Assembly (NCBI GenBank): GCA_963720465.1
Contig: OY970393.1
Coordinates: 480,001-544,000 of the forward strand
Reading direction: 5' to 3'
DNA from: Methanobacteriota archaeon
Lineage (GTDB): Archaea; Halobacteriota; Bog-38; Methanoflorentales; Methanoflorentaceae
DNA: 64,000 nt
The notes beneath the pieces were generated by a model. The model was not told the DNA's origin and searched no databases. It saw only the letters and a list, made by a program, of their open reading frames with translations. The position numbers were made by a program, and so were the translations under genes. Shown here piece by piece: positions 1 through 9,532 of the stretch (position 1 is its first letter; each line of letters begins with the position of its first letter).

Positions 1-573
1 TGCGGGGATCGCTGATCGCTATAGTTTCCGCTTAACGTGACGGATGCTCATGCGTGCGAAACGCGGGTCGTTGGTCGGAGCATCACCGGGATTTCGAATA
101 GCTTAGACAACGCGAATGCGTACTTTGTAAAGTCATAGGCCTCTTGCGGGGTCGATGGGTCGAGACACGGGATCTTCGCAAATTGTGCATACCTGCGAGA
201 ATCCTGTTCATTCTGCGAAGAGAAGCACCCGGGATCGTCGGCCACGACGAGCACTAAACCACCTTTGACCCCGGTGTACGCGAGAGTCATTAAGGGGTCA
301 GCAGCGACGTTCAGCCCGACGTGCTTCATAACGACGGCGGTGCGCACGTCGCAGTACCGAAGCGCCAGCGGCGACTTCAAGCGCGACCTTCTCATTAACG
401 GACCACTCCACGTGGGGCGGCCTCTCGTAGCGTTCGACGTGCTGTACAATGAAAGGTATGATCTCAGACGACGGCGTTCCTGGATAACCGGAAACGAGCG
501 AGACTCCTGCCTCCAATATGCCGTAAGCAATCGCCTCATTTCCTGAAAGAAACTTGCGGTTTCCGCGCTGCAT
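1..573 (-). pseudogene. iorA: Indolepyruvate:ferredoxin oxidoreductase alpha subunit, 5' part; frameshifted and with an in-frame stop; runs off the window edge
   Basis: N-terminal motifs ([31 protein letters not shown]) are in ORF 298..573. The continuation ([34 protein letters not shown]) is in another frame. One extra base near 357-358; TGA at 50..48. Confidence 0.8.
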
Positions 574-676
574 GGCTTACCTGTGGTCGCGATCTATTGT
601 TACTATTTGCTTTTTTGAGCCCGCCTCGCACCGGCTCGGCCTGAGTCTCGTCGAGTAGAATCGACTCGGCAGCAAA

Positions 677-1186
677 CTAGCATTCTTCGCGCTTTGCGGG
701 GTGCATGTGGGCCAGGGTGACGTCCTGTGCGTTCACGCGCATGAGGTCATTGAAGTCGCGCGATTCGGGGTCATCGTCGATAAACACAACCTGATCAATA
801 CCCGCGTTCTTGATGAGCCGCCAGCACATCTTACACGGAGTGCCGTTGACGTAAAGCGTAGCGCCGTTGATGGAGGCACCCCCTCTGGCCGCTTGTATAA
901 TCGCATTCGCCTCGGCGTGGACGCTCACACAGAGTTCGTACCGTTCACCCTTTGGAACGTTTAAGCGCTCCCGCTCACACCCGATGTTTAGACAGTGCGG
1001 TTCGTTGCGTGCAGCCCCATTGTATCCAGTCGACAGTATGTGATCGCCAGTTGAAACGATAATGGCACCGTATTGGCGCCTCGTGCACGTTGAGCGCAAA
1101 GAAACGGTCTTTGCGAGCGCCATATCGTACTCGTCTTTGGAGATTCGCTGGTTGCGACGTTCTGAGGTCTGTGAGGTTTTGCACAC
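677..1186 (-). CDS. dCMP deaminase / ComEB family zinc-dependent deaminase
   Basis: RSTCTRR, STGYNG, HAE and PCxxC motifs; start uncertain (GTG at 1186 chosen). Confidence 0.88.
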   Translation of the reverse strand: MCKTSQTSERRNQRISKDEYDMALAKTVSLRSTCTRRQYGAIIVSTGDHILSTGYNGAARNEPHCLNIGCERERLNVPKGERYELCVSVHAEANAIIQAARGGASINGATLYVNGTPCKMCWRLIKNAGIDQVVFIDDDPESRDFNDLMRVNAQDVTLAHMHPAKREEC

Positions 1187-1340
1187 CGCTTTCCCGTCTC
1201 CTGATCGCTTGGTTAGTAGCGTCAGCACTGCCGCTTTGAGTATGTCGTTCAGTCTATTTTAATACTTGGGAGACTGCATGAAACAACGACGTCTAGTTAA
1301 CGGCAATCAATGCGCTCACGACCAAGTGCGTGGTGATACG

Positions 1341-1823
1341 GTGAAAGGCGAGAAGCAAGTAATAAAGGTACTCGGGGCAGGCAACTACCTCATGGCAGAC
1401 GACGGTGTAGGGGTCCACATTCTCGAGAGACTCGAGCAAATGGACCGAAGTGATATCGAGCTGGTGAATGCCGGTGTTGGCGGGTTAGCAATACTTGACT
1501 ACATGGAGGACGCAGATGACGTGATTATCATCGATGCCGTACGAGGGGGCGGGAGCGAACCAGGATCGATCTACAAGTTCACCGACAAGGAATTGCCTCC
1601 TGCAAATCTGTTTATGATGTCGTTGCACGACCTCAATTTGGTCGATACGCTGCGCTTGGGCCAGCAGATTCAACCGGAGCTCTTGCCGGACAATATCACC
1701 ATCATTGGAATTGAGGTCGAACAGGTCGAAGGGATTTGCACGGACCTTTCGCCTAGGGTCCAAGCTGCGATTGACCGGGTCATACAACTGGTTTTTGAAG
1801 AGATTGAACGATTTAAGAATTGA
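1341..1823 (+). CDS. Hydrogenase maturation protease (HyaD/HybD family)
   Basis: GAGNYLMADDGVG, IIIDA and SLH motifs; GTG start after GGTGA. Confidence 0.88.
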   Translation: MKGEKQVIKVLGAGNYLMADDGVGVHILERLEQMDRSDIELVNAGVGGLAILDYMEDADDVIIIDAVRGGGSEPGSIYKFTDKELPPANLFMMSLHDLNLVDTLRLGQQIQPELLPDNITIIGIEVEQVEGICTDLSPRVQAAIDRVIQLVFEEIERFKN

Positions 1824-1900
1824 CGTGCTTAGAGCGGCCCAGTCAGGCAAAAATAATATATATGCACGTTTTCACAAGGGGAGTAACGAGGTAAATCGTT

Positions 1901-2185
1901 ATGGGAAAACCGATACTGATGGATTTTTACGCTGACTGGTGCGGACCGTGCAAGATACAGGATCCGATACTCGAAAAGCTCGAAGAAAAGCTCAGAGACA
2001 AGATCGAATTCAAGAAGATTAATGTAGACGATAACCTGCAGCTTGCAAACAAGTACGGAATACGCGTCGTGCCGACACTGATTCTGGAATGCAATGGGAA
2101 GATCATAGAGCACTATATTGGTGTAACGCGCCCTGAGATCCTCGAAGCGGACTTAAACAAAGCGGCTGAATCGTGCACTGAGTGA
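1901..2185 (+). CDS. trxA: Thioredoxin
   Basis: DFYADWCGPC active site and the cis-Pro motif VVPT. Confidence 0.92.
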   Translation: MGKPILMDFYADWCGPCKIQDPILEKLEEKLRDKIEFKKINVDDNLQLANKYGIRVVPTLILECNGKIIEHYIGVTRPEILEADLNKAAESCTE

Positions 2186-2363
2186 ATTAAACGCGACCCG
2201 CCCCAACCTCCTTTTCTGGCGATCATCCAACGCGCGCGTCGATTGAAACTGACGTTTTTTTCAAGCGCTCAACGAGCGCCGATCAAATTTCTCACAAGCG
2301 ACATAGCTGCTACTAGAAGAGTATTGCATCAAGAAAGAAAAGCACCCTGATATGTCGATTTAG

Positions 2364-2438
2364 TAGCGGGGAGTGGATTTGAACCACTGGTCTACGGGTT
2401 ATGAGCCCGTCGGGATCTCCTGACTACCCCACCCCGCT
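2364..2438 (-). tRNA. Initiator tRNA-Met (CAU)
   Basis: Cloverleaf AGCGGGG...CCCCGCT-A with A1-U72, three G-C pairs in the anticodon stem, CAT anticodon, GGTTCAAATCC T arm; CCA not encoded. Confidence 0.95.
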
Positions 2439-2624
2439 TTGGATTGTCTTAGGTGCTATTCATTTAAATAGGTGATGATGGAGCGGCTCTGCGCGAATGG
2501 ATTAGTCAGAACACGCACGAGGACGGGGCGTTACCCTGCGCGTGTTTTCTGGCGGAAAAGGTATAACTCAGAGCGGGATGAATACCTACAGCGTTTAGGG
2601 CAAAAAATGGAGGGAGCATGAAAC

Positions 2625-3026
2625 ATGAGGAAAGCAAGGCTCATAATTGGAATTCGTAGGGGGCTTTACGACTCTGAAACGGAACTGTACTCAATCCCCA
2701 CCTGTTTCGACAGCGACCAATCGGCGCAAACAGCCCTACAGGGCATCACGGAGGAACTCAGCGGCCTCACCGATGTCAAGCTTGCGGTTGTACGTCAGCC
2801 TATGGTGAGCTTGCGGCCCGAGACATACGAGAGATATGATGAAGCAGGAGAATTCCCACGACTGTACAAAGCGAAAAAAGACGAATTTCAGGGATATGTC
2901 ATTCAAATCGACCTCCCTGATACCCAAGAGCTTAAAGAAACAGCCCGAAAAATAGTCGATAAGCACAGTATGCAAGTCATCGACGAAGGGCCTGCAAAAG
3001 AGAAAACCCTTATCTTCATATCGTAA
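2625..3026 (+). CDS. Hypothetical protein
   Basis: 133-aa ORF with upstream GGAGG and plausible composition; no family recognised. Confidence 0.6.
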   Translation: MRKARLIIGIRRGLYDSETELYSIPTCFDSDQSAQTALQGITEELSGLTDVKLAVVRQPMVSLRPETYERYDEAGEFPRLYKAKKDEFQGYVIQIDLPDTQELKETARKIVDKHSMQVIDEGPAKEKTLIFIS

Positions 3027-3125
3027 CCCGCGAACGACGCAAATTTCACAGAGTCGATCGTCAGACCAGGGCGTCTGGTTCAACTCCCAAAAGTTTATAG
3101 TGTGCGCTTTCGACCCTAGCGGTGT

Positions 3126-4508
3126 ATGCGTGTCGCTATTATTTGCTCCGAAGTAGACGATGCCTCGAAAAACATCGCGCGACACCTTTTAAAACGAGTC
3201 CCGTGGGCGCGAGGTTCTGAGGTCCCCGCCGAATGGACATACGGGAACTTTCAGCTTGTTATGGTCGAAGGCAAGCTGATTGACCAAGAAGCGCTAGACC
3301 AAAGCCTCAGTACTGACCTGCTCGTATTTGCGTCTCGTCACCAAAGTCAGACACGGAAAGGACCGCTATTCAGCGCTCACTTCACCGGAGACGTCTGTGG
3401 ACCGACTCAAAAGGGCTCGAACGGCGTCTTAGCGCGCGCGGCCCCTCGCGCGTTAAAACTCATAGTGGATGCACTCACGAACTTATCAAATGTCAAGGTC
3501 CTCGTAGAGGCAACCCACCACGGTCCTTCGGCCATCGAAACCCCCTCGCTGTTTGTCGAAATCGGCAGCACGAAAACTGAGTGGAATAACGAAGCACTCG
3601 GCGACAGCGTGGCGCAAGCGCTGCTCGGACTGGAATCGCGATCTCTCGACATCCCTTGCCCGACGGCCGTTGGATTCGGGGGGCCGCACTATGCTGCACG
3701 ACACGCCGACGTGCTTCTACGCAGCGACATTTGCTTCGGCCACATTTTTGCTGCGTATCAGCTCGAATGCCTAACTCGCGAAATCATTAGAGAGGCGTTT
3801 GAGAAATCACAGGCACAATTCGCCTATTTTGATCGAAAACACATGGGCGGCGATCGAACTCGAATCGAGTCGACGGTGCAGAGTCTGGGCTTTGAGGTGC
3901 TTAGGCTGGCTGACATCCAGGGACGCAGAGACCTTTCCTGGAAACCGTACCTGCAAATCAAGCGTTCCTTGAGGGCGCACGGCCTGCTTGCGGAAACGGA
4001 GACAATAAACGTGAGCGCTTCACTGCGAGACGCACTCAACGCGCAAACGCCACCTGAAGATCGTATCGAATTGACGCCTCTTGCGCTGAATCCGTCTATC
4101 GTGAAACGCGCGCAAGCTGTCGACGAGGAAGCTTTGCTGAAGCAGTTTGAAATCGAAAAAATAGTATACCTTCGGCGTAAAGATGGAACTATTTCTGCCA
4201 TCCTGGTTCCGCCGGAGCGCGATGCACAAAAGATACAGGATGAGATGCTAAACGGGTGCGTTGAAATACTGAAAAAGCGATACCAGATTGAGTACTCGCA
4301 GCAAAAATCAAAACTATATATATCCGAACGCAAATTTAACCCACGACTGGCACGATCGCTTGGCGTGACTGAAGGACCACTATACGCGAAGCTGGCACGC
4401 GGCGAGTCGATCACAATAGGCAGCAGGATAATTAAACCCGAGGATGTATTTAAGAAGGTTAGAAAGGCAATTAATGTCGCTAGTGCCGACACAGGCGGTC
4501 GACAGTAA
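3126..4508 (+). CDS. dtdA: Archaeal D-aminoacyl-tRNA deacylase (DTD2/GEK1 family) with C-terminal extension
   Basis: FASRH, AHFTG, EATHHGP, FVEIGS and GFGGPHY motifs; usual position upstream of ftsZ. Confidence 0.9.
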   Translation: MRVAIICSEVDDASKNIARHLLKRVPWARGSEVPAEWTYGNFQLVMVEGKLIDQEALDQSLSTDLLVFASRHQSQTRKGPLFSAHFTGDVCGPTQKGSNGVLARAAPRALKLIVDALTNLSNVKVLVEATHHGPSAIETPSLFVEIGSTKTEWNNEALGDSVAQALLGLESRSLDIPCPTAVGFGGPHYAARHADVLLRSDICFGHIFAAYQLECLTREIIREAFEKSQAQFAYFDRKHMGGDRTRIESTVQSLGFEVLRLADIQGRRDLSWKPYLQIKRSLRAHGLLAETETINVSASLRDALNAQTPPEDRIELTPLALNPSIVKRAQAVDEEALLKQFEIEKIVYLRRKDGTISAILVPPERDAQKIQDEMLNGCVEILKKRYQIEYSQQKSKLYISERKFNPRLARSLGVTEGPLYAKLARGESITIGSRIIKPEDVFKKVRKAINVASADTGGRQ

Positions 4509-4542
4509 CGTCTTTCGCGGACCTTGAAGTGGAGGATATGAA

Positions 4543-5652
4543 ATGAAGTCCATAATTGAAGACGCGCTTGCACGGGGCACAAGCGACGTGAAAAACGAAT
4601 CGCCGCACGTATCTTATACCCCCGACCAAGAGCTCGAGGAAGTGCTCAAAACGCTCCAAACTAACATCATCGTCATCGGATGCGGCGGCGCAGGATCAAA
4701 TACCATCTCACGGATGACAGAAGAGGGAATCGAAGGCGCCGAACTCATTGCGCTCAACACAGATGCTCAGCACCTTAGGAGGACGACGGCGGACCGAAAA
4801 ATCCTGATTGGGAAGGAGCGAACGCGCGGGCTCGGCGCTGGCTCATTGCCGCAGATAGGCGAAGAGGCAGCAATCGAAAGCCAAGAAGAACTCCGAGGAA
4901 GCGTTGCCGGAGCGGACATGGTGTTTATTACCGCCGGTTTAGGTGGAGGCACGGGAACCGGGGCCTCGCCGGTCGTCGCAGAGGCGGCACGCGATGCTGG
5001 GGCCCTGACTATAGCTATCGTGACCCTCCCATTCGGCGTGGAGGGCATGGTCCGCAGGGCCAACGCTGAAGCTGGACTTGAGCGGCTGCGTGACATGGCC
5101 GATACCGTCATCGTTGTGCCAAACGACCGACTGCTAGAAGTCGTTCCCCGACTGCCGCTGCAAGCCGCATTCAAAGTCTCGGATGAAGTGCTGATGCGGG
5201 CCGTCAAGGGCATTACCGAACTCATCACCAAGCCAGGGCTCATCAACCTCGACTTCGCAGATGTCAGAACTGTCATGCAAAAAGGAGGCGTGGCAATGAT
5301 TGGGCTTGGCGAGTCTGATGCCGAAGACAAAGCCGTGGATTCGGTAAAGAAAGCTCTGAGAAGTCCCCTTCTGGACGTCGACATCTCTGGCGCTACTGCC
5401 GCAATAGTCAACGTCATCGGGGGCACGGACATGACCGTGACTGAGGCAGAGGGCGTCGTGCAGGAAGTTTACGAGCGTATCGATCCAGACGCGCGAATTA
5501 TTTGGGGCGCACAGATCGACCCCGAGCTTGACCATATGGTACGAACGCTCCTTATCGTTACTGGCGTTAAGTCGCCTCAGATCTATGGCAAGAGCGAAGC
5601 GATTAAGGCAAAAACCGGGGCTCAACGATACGGCATAGATTTCGTCAAATAA
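4543..5652 (+). CDS. ftsZ: Cell division protein FtsZ
   Basis: [15 protein letters not shown] tubulin signature, INLDFADV. Confidence 0.98.
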   Translation: MKSIIEDALARGTSDVKNESPHVSYTPDQELEEVLKTLQTNIIVIGCGGAGSNTISRMTEEGIEGAELIALNTDAQHLRRTTADRKILIGKERTRGLGAGSLPQIGEEAAIESQEELRGSVAGADMVFITAGLGGGTGTGASPVVAEAARDAGALTIAIVTLPFGVEGMVRRANAEAGLERLRDMADTVIVVPNDRLLEVVPRLPLQAAFKVSDEVLMRAVKGITELITKPGLINLDFADVRTVMQKGGVAMIGLGESDAEDKAVDSVKKALRSPLLDVDISGATAAIVNVIGGTDMTVTEAEGVVQEVYERIDPDARIIWGAQIDPELDHMVRTLLIVTGVKSPQIYGKSEAIKAKTGAQRYGIDFVK

Positions 5653-5783
5653 AGGCTTACGTGGCACATCCTCCACAAAACATTTTATACTATTGAAACG
5701 CAAAGTGGTATAAAGCGCCGCCTCGGGCGCCACATATTTACTTTGCGCGTTTTTGCTGCACACTATAATTCGGTGAATGTACG

Positions 5784-6224
5784 ATGGCTAAAAAGCAGGG
5801 GACTCGTTCGTCAAAGCCTAAAAAGCAACGAGACGCCCCTAAAGAAGAAAAAAAACAAGCGAGCGCCTCGTCGAAGGCTTCTAAACTGCAAGAGGCCACC
5901 GCAGAGGGTCGTTTTTCTCGGAAGTCGATCGAGCGCAAGCTCGGTGAGTACCGAAGAATCTTGACGCTTACAAGAAGGCCAACGCGTGAGGAGTACTCGA
6001 ATATTGCGAAAGTCGCCGCTATAGGAATCATCATAATCGGCGTGGGCGGGTTTCTGATATATCTGGCCATGGTACAAGCGCCGCAGAGCTTGGGTCTCAC
6101 CAACAACACAACAGCAACGGCCACACCGAGTAACGTAGTGAACACCTCGGTGCCGGTGAGTAACGCAACGCAAAATAGTTCCATTACCTCGGCTGTGAAT
6201 AAAACGGGGAACGCGACGACCTAG
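5784..6224 (+). CDS. secE: Protein translocase subunit SecE (Sec61-gamma) with N- and C-terminal extensions
   Basis: EYRRILTLTRRPTREEY followed by a TM helix (IGIIIIGVGGFLIY); lies between ftsZ and spt5. Confidence 0.9.
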   Translation: MAKKQGTRSSKPKKQRDAPKEEKKQASASSKASKLQEATAEGRFSRKSIERKLGEYRRILTLTRRPTREEYSNIAKVAAIGIIIIGVGGFLIYLAMVQAPQSLGLTNNTTATATPSNVVNTSVPVSNATQNSSITSAVNKTGNATT

Positions 6225-6261
6225 TCAGTAACGAATTAGAAAGTTGTCAGTGAGGGGGAGC

Positions 6262-6741
6262 ATGTCCAGTCAAGAGCAAAATGGGCTCGAATCTTCAATT
6301 TACGCCATAAAAACCACGGCAAATCAAGAACGCGCCGTGGCCAACTTGCTTGCACTCGCTGCCAAAAAGGAGAACTATGACATCCGCGCGATACTTGTGC
6401 CAAAAGAGCTCAAGGGATACGTGCTCGTGGAGACCACCAAGTTTGAAATAGTAGAACAGGCCATTCAAGGCATACCGCACGCTCGTGGCGTCGTGAAAGG
6501 AAGCACGAAATTCGCTGAGATCGAGCATTTCTTGACGCCAAAACCAGCAGTGGCTGGCATTGAAGACGGCGACATCATTGAGCTTATTGCAGGCCCATTC
6601 AAAGGAGAACGGGCCCGCGTCAAACGCATTGATGAACGTCGCGAGGAGATTACAGTCGAACTCTTCGAGGCCATGGTGCCGATACCAATCACGGTCCGCG
6701 GCGATCACGTCCGAGTCTTGAGCAAGGAGGAGCGCGAATAA
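6262..6741 (+). CDS. spt5: Transcription elongation factor Spt5 (NusG)
   Basis: NGN domain ([17 protein letters not shown]) plus KOW motif ([10 protein letters not shown]). Confidence 0.96.
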   Translation: MSSQEQNGLESSIYAIKTTANQERAVANLLALAAKKENYDIRAILVPKELKGYVLVETTKFEIVEQAIQGIPHARGVVKGSTKFAEIEHFLTPKPAVAGIEDGDIIELIAGPFKGERARVKRIDERREEITVELFEAMVPIPITVRGDHVRVLSKEERE

Positions 6742-6742
6742 C

Positions 6743-7216
6743 ATGGCCGACGTAATAGAGGTATTGGTGCCAGGAGGCAAGGCGAGTCCCGGTCCTCCGA
6801 TAGGGCCTGCCCTAGGGCCCCTTGGGATCAACATCAAAGCAGTTGTTGACGACATCAATGCACGGACTGCGTCATATAACGGGATGCAGGTACCTGTCAA
6901 GGTCATCGTCGACGACAAAAAGAACGTGACGCTTGAAGTAGGCATACCTCCTGCATCAGCGCTTGTTCTGATAGAGGCGGGAATAGAGAAAGGATCGTCA
7001 GGTGAGGAGACCGTGGGCAATATCACCGTCGCCCAAGCGATCAAGATAGCAAAAATGAAACGACAGAGCTCCCTTTCGTACGAGTTGAGAAACACGGTCA
7101 AAGAAGTTTTGGGCACCTGTCTGTCGATGGGCGTTACTGTCGACGAAAAACCAGCCAGAGATGTTCAAAAGGCGATAGACGCGGGGGAATACGCAGATCT
7201 TCTTACTGAGGCATGA
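6743..7216 (+). CDS. rpl11: 50S ribosomal protein L11
   Basis: GGKASPGPPIGPALGPLG motif. Confidence 0.97.
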   Translation: MADVIEVLVPGGKASPGPPIGPALGPLGINIKAVVDDINARTASYNGMQVPVKVIVDDKKNVTLEVGIPPASALVLIEAGIEKGSSGEETVGNITVAQAIKIAKMKRQSSLSYELRNTVKEVLGTCLSMGVTVDEKPARDVQKAIDAGEYADLLTEA

Positions 7217-7263
7217 ATTCCGGCGAAAGATTGAAGTAAGATTTACTCTATCTGATAATTACA

Positions 7264-7303
7264 CCGTAGGAGATCACCGCAATGGTCGAAGATACTACGG
7301 AGG
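7264..7303 (+). promoter_or_regulatory. Putative L1-binding mRNA leader hairpin overlapping the rpl1 Shine-Dalgarno
   Basis: CCGTAG (7264-7269) pairs with CTACGG (7295-7300), enclosing a GGAG/GAA internal loop and an ACC/GGT helix; SD GGAGG at 7299-7303. Confidence 0.6.
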
Positions 7304-7307
7304 CAGT

Positions 7308-7949
7308 ATGGTCAACGAAAACACCCTTAAAGCCGTCAATGAAGCGATTAAGTTAGCGCCTAAACGAAAGTTCACAGAAAGCGTTGATTTGATTGTCAAC
7401 CTAAAGAGCGTTGATTTAAGCCAGCCAAAAAACAGGATAACCGAATCCATCGTACTGCCGAACGGGCGCGGGAAGGCAACGAAAATCGGGGTTTTTGCGA
7501 GAGGGGATCTCGCCATTAAGTCGCAGAGCGGCGGCGCTGACCTGATAATTTCTCCCGACGACATTGACAAGATGAGCGGTGACAAGAAACTTATTCGATC
7601 AACGACGAGAGATATTGACTTTTTTATTGCTGAAGCGCCGTTGATGCCGTCTATAGGAAAGAGCTTCGGGCCAATCCTGGGCCCCAAAGGTAAGATGCCC
7701 GATCCTGTACCGTCAAGCGCCGATCCCGCTCCTCTCATCAATCGGCTGAGACGAACGGTCAAGGTGCGCTCAAAGGATAAGCCGACGTTCCACGCGTTGA
7801 TCGGAAATCTGAGCATGAGCCCCGAAGACATCGCAGCCAACGTCGAAGCGCTCCTCAACATCGTAGAATCGCGACTCGAGAACGGCAAGCAGAACATTGC
7901 CTCGGTCTTTGTCAAAACGACCATGGGCCCCGCAGTGAGGTTAATGTGA
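7308..7949 (+). CDS. rpl1: 50S ribosomal protein L1
   Basis: RKFTESVDL, LGPKGKMP and KTTMGP motifs. Confidence 0.97.
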   Translation: MVNENTLKAVNEAIKLAPKRKFTESVDLIVNLKSVDLSQPKNRITESIVLPNGRGKATKIGVFARGDLAIKSQSGGADLIISPDDIDKMSGDKKLIRSTTRDIDFFIAEAPLMPSIGKSFGPILGPKGKMPDPVPSSADPAPLINRLRRTVKVRSKDKPTFHALIGNLSMSPEDIAANVEALLNIVESRLENGKQNIASVFVKTTMGPAVRLM

Positions 7950-7950
7950 A

Positions 7951-8979
7951 ATGGCGGCAATTGCAAACGTTCACCGACCGGTTTGGAAAGACGATGAAGT
8001 CACCAACATAAAAGCCGATGTCAAAGCGCACGAAGTCACGGCGGTTGTTAGTATTCAGGGCATCCCTGCACGTCAATTTCAAAGCATCAGAGCCGAGCTT
8101 CGCGACGTTGCGAAAATACGGGTCGCCCGAAATTCCTTGATCCACCGTGCGTTTGCTGAGGTTGGCGAGACGACACTTCAATTGTTCGAAAACGTTGAGG
8201 GGCAAACAGCGTTAATCTTCACCGATCTAAATCCGTTCAAGCTGTTTAAGCTGCTCGAGAACAGCAGAACTCCGGCGCCCGCCAAAGCAGGTGATAGGGC
8301 GCCTAGCGATCTAATCGTACCGAAGGGGCCCACGTCGTTTAGACCGGGACCGATAGTCGGAGATCTTCAAAACGTTGGGATACCGGCCGCGATTGAAAAG
8401 GGCAAAATCGTAATACGCGAGACAAAAACGGTCGCTAAGGAGGGCGAAGCGATAAGCGCGCGGCTAGCTGATGTACTCCAGCGCTTTGAAATCTACCCAA
8501 TGGAAGTCGGCTTATATCTTCGAGCGGCGTACGACGGCGACGTGCTCTACGTCCCGGAGAACCTCTACATCGATGAGCAGGCGTACTTTGGTCAATTCGT
8601 TTTGGCCGTGTCAAAGGCGCTGAATTTGTCAATTAACGCAGCATACCCGACGTCTCTAACAGCCGCCACACTACTTCAAAAAGCCTCATTTGAAGCAATG
8701 AATCTCGGGGTTAACGCTGAGATCTTTGAGCCCGAGGTGCTGAAAGCTCTGCTCTCGAGGGCGCAAGCAGCAGCGCTAACACTTGTTCACAAGCTTCCAA
8801 ACGAGGCACTAGATGATGTCCTCATCGCGCTAAAGAACGCACAAGCAACGGCGCCCGAATCGGATAAAGAAGAGGCAGCGCCGCAAAAAGAAGACGAAAC
8901 GTCAAAAGAGAAGGAGGAGGAGAACGAAGAAAAGGGATCCGAATCCGGTATGGAAGGTCTCGGAGCGTTATTTGGATAA
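7951..8979 (+). CDS. rpl10: 50S ribosomal protein L10 (P0)
   Basis: NPFKLFK, GPTSFRPGP, acidic hinge and C-terminal GLGALFG. Confidence 0.97.
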   Translation: MAAIANVHRPVWKDDEVTNIKADVKAHEVTAVVSIQGIPARQFQSIRAELRDVAKIRVARNSLIHRAFAEVGETTLQLFENVEGQTALIFTDLNPFKLFKLLENSRTPAPAKAGDRAPSDLIVPKGPTSFRPGPIVGDLQNVGIPAAIEKGKIVIRETKTVAKEGEAISARLADVLQRFEIYPMEVGLYLRAAYDGDVLYVPENLYIDEQAYFGQFVLAVSKALNLSINAAYPTSLTAATLLQKASFEAMNLGVNAEIFEPEVLKALLSRAQAAALTLVHKLPNEALDDVLIALKNAQATAPESDKEEAAPQKEDETSKEKEEENEEKGSESGMEGLGALFG

Positions 8980-9013
8980 TTTAAGATCCGCAACACAGCA
9001 AAGGTGATAGTGA

Positions 9014-9340
9014 ATGGAATACGTATATGCAGCACTAATTTTGCACGCGACAGGCAAGGAAGTAACTGAAGAGGGCGTTACGAGCGTCCTCAACGCAGCA
9101 GGCGCGACAGTCAACGAGGCGAGGGCAAAGGCACTTATCGCGGCGCTTGAAGGCATAGATATCGAGGAGGCCATATCCACCGCGGCATTTGCAGGGGCGC
9201 CCGCAGCAGCTGCACCGGTGACCCCAGCGCCCGCCGAGAAGAAAGAAGAACCAGAAGCGGAAGAGGAAAAAGAGAAAGAGAAGGAGAAAGAGGAGGAAGA
9301 AGAAACAGGTATGGAAGGACTAGGGGCCCTGTTTGGGTAG
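9014..9340 (+). CDS. rpl12: 50S ribosomal protein L12 (P1)
   Basis: [11 protein letters not shown] start, Ala/Glu hinge, GLGALFG end. Confidence 0.97.
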   Translation: MEYVYAALILHATGKEVTEEGVTSVLNAAGATVNEARAKALIAALEGIDIEEAISTAAFAGAPAAAAPVTPAPAEKKEEPEAEEEKEKEKEKEEEEETGMEGLGALFG

Positions 9341-9532
9341 TCCTTCTCCCCCTTTTACGACTGCCACCAAAAGTTGTGCTCGACTCGATCCATCGACGTT
9401 TCTGCACGAGCTCCTGAACTGAGGCGCTAGCTTTCCAGCCGGTGTGGCCCGCACGGCTGGAAGCTTTACGCGAACGCAACAGAGGTACGACGAGCACGTA
9501 AAGCAGGTCATCGTAATCGTCCGTTTCCGATC

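Noticed and set aside
48-50. In-frame TGA in iorA read as selenocysteine
   Set aside because: The position fits Arg (CGA to TGA), not Cys, and the gene also has a frameshift.
3824-7966. Long antisense ORFs (e.g. 3824..4582, 4767..5432, 6295..7116, 7295..7966)
   Set aside because: They are shadows of well-supported genes on the opposite strand and have no recognisable motifs; the same applies to most short overlapping ORFs in the track.
9235-9310. Purine-rich GAA/GAG repeats
   Set aside because: They encode the normal Glu/Lys hinge of ribosomal protein L12.
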